A program made the position numbers and the translations under genes. Positions 54,584 through 64,000 of a stretch of DNA of 64,000 nucleotides are shown one piece after another. The DNA comes from Cenococcum geophilum (lineage: Eukaryota): contig CP158636.1 of NCBI GenBank assembly GCA_050273025.1, positions 6,696,001-6,760,000 of the forward strand, in the 5' to 3' direction. Within the stretch, counting starts at the first letter, position 1; each line of letters begins with the position of its first letter. The notes under the pieces were generated by a model, which did not search any database, was not told the DNA's origin, and worked only from the letters and a program-made list of their open reading frames with translations.

Positions 54584-54847
54584 TATATCGTTTTGATAGG
54601 GTGGGCGATGCGCAACGTTCGGCTCCAAGCCAGTTCACGACATTTCGTCGATGACTGTACTCGCCAATACTCGCCAATATTGATTAGTGCTAATATTAAA
54701 AATGAAAACCACGCTGTTCTAAGCTTAGAATCAATCGAACAGGAAGAAAGACAGTCAGCTTTTTTTGTCATAAATCATGACTATAATGTAGGAGCGCAGA
54801 ACAACAAAACGCATAGTCAGCGATTAAAGTACTTGTACACGCTCTAC

Positions 54848-57800
54848 TACATAAAAAGCAGCATTCCCCGATCTAAGACGAAGCCAAATACTCCTTAATA
54901 ATCTTTGTACTCGCATGGTCGTTCCGCGACCTCGCGATCTATAAAGGAGTCCTCCCTACCCCATTAGTTAAAGTCATATCCGAATAATACTTTAGCATTA
55001 ACTTCAACATTTCCTTCTCATATGCAGACGCGATGTGGAGGGGCGACTCGCCGTCCGAATCTTTGAAATTCACGTTGGCTCCCGCATCTAAAAGACACTG
55101 GGCGATTGCGAGCCCGTTTCCCACTTGACGGTGGAGAGGCGTTCGTAGTTCATTGTCTAGGACGTTGATGCCTGCACCAGCGGAAATGAGAGCCTGGGTA
55201 GTCTCTAGCGTATCTATTAGATGTAAAGCCGTGGCGCCGCCACGATTCGTATGAGAGACATTTGCGCCTCGTTTAATGAGCTTCTTTAGTACCTTAACAC
55301 GCCGTGCTTCCGCTGCTAACATTAGGGGGGTGTTACCGAGCCGGTCCTGTAATTCCAACTCTGCGCCTAAATCCAGTAGAAAAGACATGATGTCTTTATA
55401 TCTGAGTCTTGCCGTAATATATAAGGGAAAGTCTCTAAGAAAATCTCGCCTATTTATATCGAGTTTATGGTTAGTAAGGGCGTGCAATATATCTCTATGT
55501 TCTAGGCGAATGGCAACACAGAAAAGACCCATTAACTATATCTAGCCAGTGCCGCCGGCTCGTTCCCGAAGAAGGGCAGGAAATGTCTTAGAAGCTCCTT
55601 TAATAGCTATATTGTATAACTTTTCCAAGTTATCTATGTTGTATTTCTCTGGATTATTAGCATTATAGATTATTCTGGCATACCAGAACTATCCCTTTTT
55701 AAGGGCCATGTATAATAGTTTCTTAGCGCCGTTAAAGCAGCCCTAATCTATTTACTGCTTAGTAAGGTAACTAATTATATCTAGGTCTTCTTTAATAAGG
55801 GCTAAGTAAAGGGGGGTTTTGCCACTGTTGTCTAGCTAGGCAACTTTGGCACTAATAGAAATAAGGAGTATTGCGTTGCCGATATTGCTAGCATAGGCAG
55901 CTTTATATAGGGCCGTGGTTCCTTCTAAACCCGCAGTATTAATATAGGCTTTAGCGTTAAGGAGCCGTTACGTAAGTTCCGGCTTGTTACGATAAATAAA
56001 ATCTAATAAAGGAACGTTCCTATACTTATCTGGCGTGTTAATATCCATCCCCCTAGTAACTAGTATGTTAAATATCTTATTGGATTTTATTAGGACGTTG
56101 TACGCGAGCCCATATTTATACCTAAGTAAGTCTTTTATAACCGTATTAAGCTTAATTAGAGTCCTAACTATTCCTAACGTATCCTTATTGCTATTATAAG
56201 TAACCAGATATTTAACTAGAGGTGTTTATCCATAATAATCGCGGGTAGTAATGTTAGCGCCTCTTTCTACCAAAAGCTTTACTATATCGGAATGTTCGCC
56301 ACCCGCGGCGACTAGTAATGCCATCTCTCCGGAATAATTATAAGCATTTATAGGAATTCTAGTATCTAGCAGCCATATAATAGTCTGATAATTTAACTTG
56401 TTGCTATAATTATAAGCTACTGCATAATATAGAAGGGTAGCTCCAGTATTATTTGTTAAAGAAATATCTGCGCCAAGCTTAAGCAGAAGATTAAGCAGTT
56501 TAGTTAAATTACCTAGACCGCTTCGGACTGCAGAAAAAAGTGGCGTATTCCCTTATTTATCTTATATATTAAAATCTATACCGTATAAGCGCAGAATTTT
56601 AAGAACTGCTCGTGCATTATCCTTTTACGGCTTATAAAAATAGAATAGAGGGCTAGGAAAAATAACGTAAATAATATATTGGCTGCTCTTATCTATTATA
56701 CTTATATCCGCATTTTTACTAAGTAGTAGTTATACCAGTTCCTAGTCCTAATTCTTAGCCGCGCTTATAAGTGGCGTTATACTATTATTATTATAAGTAT
56801 TAACGCTTATACCTTAAGACAGGAGTAACTAGGCAACTAGCTATACATTTTTATATAATCTAGGGTAACCAGAAAGGTATACTAGGCATTTAGCTGCTAA
56901 GAATAAGGGTGTCCATCCGCTATTATCTTTTGCATTAATATCCGCCCCGGCCTTAATTAAGAGTTGTATATTAGAGAAAATTTTCCCACTTACTGCCTAA
57001 TGCAGAGGGGTTCCGCCGTCGCTATATAAATTTTCTTTAGCCGACTTCCTCTTCAAGGACACGGAAGCCCCGTACTCAATAAGTTATTTTAGAACATTCG
57101 GAGATTCGGACTCCGCGGCTATATAAAGGGGTATTATCCTATCTTCGCTAGATGCATCTATTTTAGGTATTTTAGCTAAGAGCATCATTGTTATTACTTC
57201 TAAGCTATTGGCTGCCGCCTAAAAAAGAGCCATCCGTCTAATTCTATCCTTGGCATTAACGTTTACACTATACTAAAGAAGCAGTTTAAAGATTTGAAAG
57301 TTATTTTTATAAGCTGTAAATAAAAGTAGTACTAGCGCTTTGCCGCTTAATACCAAAGAAGAATCTGCCTTAAGAAGCAGCTATATAATGTTATTTTGTT
57401 TATATTTAAGTGCGTACTTAAACGCCGTATTACCGCCTAAGATTTAGTACTCTGTAAAGTTACCATCCTAGGCTATAAGGGTATATTAGAGGGGTGTAGT
57501 ATAGAAATAAGGGGCGTGCGATGTTGTGGGGTACTTCGATTTAAATTTCCATCTTTTATAGCTAGTAGCGTCTAGGATAGTGAAGCTCGCTCCCTTAGCT
57601 AGTAGTAATTTAATAATTGCTATAGATCCTTTCTTATATGCTTTATACATTGCTATTTTCTTAAAAGCATTTTAAGCATTTACTCCAGCATTATAATCTA
57701 GTAGAAGTCGAATAATTAATATATGGCCGTTCTCCGCAGCGAGTATAAAGGGCGTATTGTATTGGGTGGTTTTAATATATATATTTACTCTATTGGCGAG

Positions 57801-60758
57801 CAAGAGTCTTATTAGCTTTATATTCCCTAATTATACGCATTAGTAGATTAGAGCATAGCCTGTGGATAATTAAGTAAAAGAGGACATATAGTTGGAAGCA
57901 GAGCCATAATATTATGGTCTATACTTATTAGTATTATAGAGAGGAGCGCCGTATCATAATAGAAGATCTATAATTTTATAGTGTTGATTATATACTACTC
58001 CGTTTAGATTTAACTTCTAAATCTTAGCTCTTTTATCCAATAGCAAGCGGACAACCGAAATATAGCCATTCTAAGCTGCCACTATTAATGCGGTTTGGTT
58101 ACTATTAACGGGTCGACGATCCCATAAAGATAAATAGCGTCCAATATTTAGAACACTTCCTTCGAGAGCTATGCGAGTATTAGCGCTAACACCATTTTCG
58201 AGTAGATGATTAATAGTCTTTAGTAAGCCGAAATATAATGCCAACTAAAGACCTTATCTATCGGCCTTGATGAGAATACTAGGATAGAACCTTTGATTTA
58301 ACCCCCTGTAAACTATATATAATGCGTCGGTTAAAGAGACTATATATTGTTTATTTTTAAGAAGCCTTAAAATTATTTCTTAATCCATCTGGTTAAGGTA
58401 GGTAGCCCGTGTATAGTGGCCCTAATTATACGTAGCGTAATAGAAGAGCGGATGTTTTATAATAAAGATATCTAACTTAGGGCCCTTATCCTCAGGGAGC
58501 CTATTATTAAAATCGTCTAGGAGGAAGTATGCGAGGCAGGAAGAAAGCATTCTTCTTTAGCTGTTAAAGAAAAGGGTCTCTTAAACGCTTTCTTAAGAGA
58601 AGTATTCTTGCGCAGTAAAATAAACTAACTGCACAACACCCTCTTCTGCAGCTAGACTTATAAGCCCTATGTATATAAAAACGATGATTTCCTTATTTAA
58701 AATATCGTCTTTATCAAGTTTATTAAAGCTCTTATTAATTGTTATTGCATACTATAGCTCCTTTATAGTTATAGGTCGCAATAATAGAGAAAGCCATATT
58801 AAAGTTTTCTTGGTAAGCTGTCTGTTGTCTTTATTCTAGTCTTTAATACGTTAGAGGACATCATTATATATTTTAAAGACCCTAGTTAGTAGGGTTTATA
58901 AGGCCTTTTGTACCTCATTAGGCGTTTACTTAAAAGACAGAGAGTCTATATAGAGCTTCACCAGTAGGAACCTATAGTGACTTAGCATTTACTCTATATA
59001 CTTTATATATATTAACTCTTGCTTAAAGAAAGACATATATATTCTGTACCCTTTTGTTAACAACTAATCTAATTTCCTTATATAGAGATGGTTTTTGCTT
59101 AATATATGCCTATAACCAACTACTTAAATAACCGGTAATATACTTATCTATATCTAATTCCTTTATAGTAATCTTAATTGTTAGATAGTTGTTAAAATAC
59201 TCTAATATTAATACTGACTGGCGGCTTATTAAAAGAATGTTATATATTCTGTGTAGGTGACTTAGTTATTATAGAAGAATATTACGGTTGTTATTCTTAT
59301 TAGGGCACTTATTAAGTACATCCACAATTAGGTAAATCTTTTACGTTTTAGCTAGCTCGTAAAGGATATTATTTATATCCTTAAGTAGTAGTTTAGACGC
59401 TATCTTTTCCTACTTTTTATAGAGCTCAGAAATATTTTTAGGTAGAGATTTTTAACGCTTAAAAATCTGGGATAGTAGGTTAGAAATAAGGTTAATAGGC
59501 TTTATTGCTGTAATATCCTTATAATCGTAAAATACGCAAGCCGCCGCGCTTTTTATATTGGCTTTAAACTTTTCTTTAAGTTTATTTATAGCTATATATC
59601 TAAGTGGTATTAGCTGGATTTCTTTATAAACCGCTAAACTTATATAAGGATTGTTTTACCAGCACCAGCTAATTAGCCTATTAGTATTAACCTTTAGTTA
59701 CGTAATAAAGCCTAATATACGTATTCTAGGGCACTATAATATTTTCCTACCGCCCGCTAACTATTCTTAAAAAGCCTTGCTCTTAAGAAACCAGTTTCCT
59801 ATACTAGGTTGTTATTACTAAAGCTTCCTTCTATAGGTCTCGCGAGTATTATCTTTAGAGATCTATATAAGAACCTTTTCTCTCTTTACATTTTCGGAGA
59901 TTGCTGCGCTTGTATTAGCGGTATTATTAAGTATAAATATTATAAGGTCCTATACCTAGCTCTACCTCCTAGAGCTTTTCTATATTATCCTTTACTATAA
60001 GTATATCTAAGTGTAGTACCGGGATTAAGGTAGTGTCGGTTTTTACTAATTTAGTAGTATGGTCCCTTACTAGCTCCTTAGCCCGAAGCCTCTCCATATC
60101 ATTCTTTACCGTTAGTATGTTTATGTGTAGTACTGGGATTCCGGCAGTGTCGGCCTTAACAGATATAGTAGTATGGTCCCTTACTAACTCCTCTACCTAA
60201 AGTTTTTCTAAGTCATCCTTCACTATTAGTACATTTGTATGCAGTACCGGGATTATAATAGTATTAGACTTAACTAATTTAGTGATATTTCTGTTATAAT
60301 TAGATTATATATATTAACGTATAGTGCCTAATACTTTATAGAATGTCCCCCTATAGGGCCAGATTAATAAAGGACTTAAGTCTCTCTATCTTTCTAAGTA
60401 ATTTATTAATCTCCTTCTTTTTAAAATGCTATACTAGTGTCTTCCTAACAGATTTGCCCGTACCTAAGCTATATAACCTCTTAGCTAGTAACTCTAGTAC
60501 TTCTTTAAACTAATCTAAAGGCCTATTAGCTATACTTAATGTTAAGACTCCCTGTACCCAACAACCTTAAGTATTAGTATCCTTAAGATAATATCTAAAG
60601 CTAGTAAGAAGTGCTAATAGGAGACTCGCTTCCTAGGCGACTTAGGTATAAGCCTTAGGCGCGTTCTTAACATTATTAAGATAGTAGAGTGTTTTACTTA
60701 CGGTATTAATAAGTTGGGCTAAGCTTATAATAAGACCTATAATACTAATAGGATCTAT
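54848..60758 (-). pseudogene. Fungal NLR: HeLo-like/SesA-type N-terminal domain, NACHT, long ankyrin-repeat array
   Basis: (M)DPISIIGLI..LAQLI...YLN.VKNAP at the N-terminus; GNWFL.S and GAGKT at ~59650-59800; IVD.L(DE)C; MFLLVKL; LV(H)FTAQEYF; many G.TPLH.AA repeats, with the 54939-55532 ORF still open. Many RIP-type stops. Confidence 0.92.
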
Positions 60759-61459
60759 CGCTTGGGGACGGCTGCCGTCTAAAATTGTTTCGGTAGCAGT
60801 AGCATTAAGCCTTAGGCAGGTTGCTATAAATAAATGCGGCTAAGGAGCAGCATAACATCCTCACTATTCAAGTGCTGAAATTTCCTCTTTACCACTTTCA
60901 CGAATCCATTAGAGACTCAAATTTTGCATCGCAGATCGATTGTTTGATTGATTGATTCCTACGGAGGTAGCGGTAAAAAGTTCCTGGCGCCCCATTTTCG
61001 CGCTAGCCATTGGTGGCTTAGTGTGGCGCATATTAGGCCTAGGCTAGACTTTACCGAGGCTTAGCGCGCATAGTAGGGTCACCATGTGTACAGTGGTGTT
61101 CACGGCTCGGCTGAGCGCCCGCTCAGTCGCTGAGCCGCACGTGACACATACAACCCCCGTCCCGCCCTTGTCTCAGCATGCTTAGACTACATGGGACGCC
61201 GGATAAATCCGGCCCGATGGCACTAAACCAGTTTAGGCCATCTGTCCCTGTGTGGTCTGAGACACTTTGGCAAACGTTTATAAAGCACGTCGCGATATCT
61301 ATATAGCTGATATTACGGATATTTACTTATTATTCTTATAACAAGTTTAGGTAGCTTAAAAAATCCATTAATTATACACTAGGCTCTGGCGAATTAAATA
61401 GTCTATATAAGAAGTCTCCCCGCCTTCCCATTCCTAATATTAATTTTAAAATAGCTATA

Positions 61460-63900
61460 ATGCGGTTTGCTAAAGTAAATAATTAGTAATATCCGCACTA
61501 ATAATACGTTAATCTTAACTATCTACTCTTTATCTATTATATCTATAATCTAATAATTAAAACCTATTAAAATCTATCTATTATAACGTGTTTAAGTCTT
61601 CCCTACCTTTATTTAACCCTCTATTCTCCCTCTACTACTTTTAAGCGCTATTTACTAATACCTCTATTAAAGCAAATAAGGTAAAGAGGTTATAAACTAT
61701 AAGCCAGTTAAGCAGATTAATAAGCTGGTAGTACGTAATAGGCTAGGGATTATATTAAAATGGATCCCTAGCGGTCTCTATAGCTATATAGCCTATAAAG
61801 GGAGCTACCCTAGCTTATAAGCAGCTCTTATAAACTTTAAATAAGCAAGCTAGATAAAGCTATTATGGAGATATATTTGTACTGTAATTATATAGAGCAG
61901 CTCGAGGCCCTAAGGGTGCTAATATTTAAGCGGCGAGATCTTATACTTGTGGTAAAGACGTCTTTTAGTAAGAGTATAATAATATAAGTACTACCATGTC
62001 TTATACCTAATGCAGTTATTATTATTATTCTTCTACCTAACGCGATTAGGTTAGAGTAAGTAAAAAAGATTATAAAGCTACCTTATATTCGACCTATTTA
62101 TATATAAGAGAAAACAATATCCGCTAAGCTAATTAAGGATATCCGTATGGGCAGCTATATATATATCCTTATCTCCCTAGAGCTTTTAGTTAGTAATAAG
62201 CTATATAAGGTTTTAATAGACCTAATATTTCGTTCCTATATTACCCTTATAGTGGTTAATAAAGTATACCTACTTACTAATTAGGGAGAGACCTTCCGTA
62301 TAGCGTATATATAACTCTTTAAAGTATGTTTTGTCTTAGTTAATAAGCCTTAGTTTATATATACCGTAATACTAAACCTATTTACGTTTCGGACTATATA
62401 TAAGCTAGCTAGGTTTAAACCTAATATATAAGTTATTAAAACCCTAATTAATTAGCCGGAGCTAAAGATTATATAAAGGGTTATAACCGCGCTAAAGAAG
62501 AAGGACTTTCGAGCTTTTTACTTTACTATTGTTGCTACTTTAGTGTATTTATATACTACTAGTAATAGTAACTAAGGAGAAGGCGAGCAATTAAGAAGCC
62601 GTTTAATATCCGCATAGTAGATATACCGCTAATAGTTTAATTAACTTTAGCTAATTCTAAAGATAATTATCTTCTTTAATTTTAAGGAGTGGATAGCTGC
62701 CTATTATAATACTATTCGCAGCTAGTTAATCTATCGCGGCTATAATGCTGCTATTACTAAAGAAGCGGTGCAGAGCTACTATGTAACGCTTATAAATATT
62801 AATAAAGACCGCTTATACGCTAAATACGCGCGCCTAATATCTTAAATTTAAATTTTTGTTATATTAGATGCAGTAGCATATAGTATAGATATCCTAAATA
62901 TCTACCGTTCGATTTAATATAGAATACCTTACTATAAATCCTGTAATATACTAGCATAGCGGTTTAGCCGGGCAGGCTAAGGAGAAGACCTCTTAGGCGA
63001 AGTAATTTTTATAGTTAAGAGCCGCTGGCGGGGTCCTTATAATAAATTAGGTGGTTCTAAGTATATACAACCTTAGTATATAGGCGATCTTCGCGTAAGC
63101 GCGCTGCATAATAATATTCGCGGGTGATAAAACGCAGAGACTACGGATATTATAGGCGATGCTTTATCTATAGCGTTAATTAGTACTAAGTAGTTGGTAG
63201 ATATAAGAAGCGAGCGTAGGTTAAGCCCTAGTGGTTCTATAGTACGCCTACCTAAAGAGCTTATTATACTAACCCTACGCCTAAAGAAGCGGTTAACTAA
63301 TACGCAGTTATATAGTAAACTGCCATTTACCCTATAGCGGCTAGTTAAGAAGGATTAGGTATGCTTATAAGTAATATAACTTATATACTATAGAGACCTA
63401 CAATCTACTATTAGTAAAGACTTATGTTGTAGTAACTGCAACCTAGCGATATTTATAGATTGCGAGTACGATATTTATACTAGCTATAGTACGGATATTG
63501 CGAAAACCCGCTAGGAGCCTATATTAAGTAATATATAGAAGTAGTTTACATAATAGGCGGAGGCTAGGTATTAGAATATATTATAAACGCCTATAATTAA
63601 TTATATTATACTAGATAAGTAGCTTTATTGCCTCTGTAATATAGGGTAAGTTCTAGATATAGTATTATTAAGGTAAGTAATGCCTAAGTAGGATCCTAAT
63701 ATCCTTAGTAAGGAGCTTCCGTCCCTTATTAAGCTTTTAGTAAATAAGGAATAAAAGTAGAAATAGAAAGAAATAGGGTAACTTTTAGGTTCTTCTGGGT
63801 TAATTATGTAGATATTAGAGCGGTTTTCCTAAGTATTAGAGTAGTACGCTGTTATAGATAAGTGCTTATTATAGGCTCTTATACAGGCTTTATAGGTTTT
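61460..63900 (+). pseudogene. RecQ-like SF2 DNA helicase
   Basis: RDLILV.KTSF(G)KS ~61935-61976; ILISPELL; VV(DE)V(H)L..(W)GETFR ~62250; (Q)RF(G)RAG ~62960; DLCCSNC ~63420. Boundaries approximate. Confidence 0.88.
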
Positions 63901-64000
63901 AGATAAGAGATTTAAAATATTAGCGCTGTGGCAATTAGTGCCTTACTATGGCGCTAATATATTGTAGGCTAGTTAATAGTTAGCTATAAACCTCTTACTA

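Noticed and set aside
54574..54898. Short ORFs 54593-54898 (+) and 54574-54771 (-)
   Set aside because: No recognisable motifs; probably the less-mutated 3' flank of the NLR gene.
61193..61250. Possible hammerhead ribozyme or tRNA
   Set aside because: No CUGANGA/GAAA core or tRNA consensus on either strand; kept only as a hairpin cluster.

Overview
This is AT-rich, heavily RIP-mutated DNA from a filamentous ascomycete (excess TpA; CAG/TGG/CAA codons turned into stops), made almost entirely of nested dead mobile elements and pseudogenes; I see no intact gene. A Ty3/Gypsy chromovirus (A1, <1-29261) sits inside an older copy of its own family (A2), which sits inside a Ty1/Copia element, which sits inside an AAA+ ATPase gene. 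A1 is split by a 20.1-kb DNA transposon (6127-26249) with 14-bp CA...TG terminal inverted repeats, a 2-bp target duplication and inverted subterminal repeats. It encodes a Plavaka-type transposase and carries a SNF2-family ATPase, a truncated Hrr1/SAD-3/ZNFX1-like RNA-silencing helicase and several unknown reading frames. A 2.3-kb non-coding element with near-identical termini and a 2-bp duplication (41740-44081) looks like a non-autonomous partner. Also present: a poly(A)-tailed 1.47-kb retroposed insert, a PIF1 helicase pseudogene split by a full-length Gypsy (family B), solo LTRs, more Gypsy fragments, a HeLo-like/NACHT/ankyrin NLR pseudogene and a RecQ-like helicase pseudogene. Protein calls come from manual translation with RIP changes mentally reverted; no database search was run.
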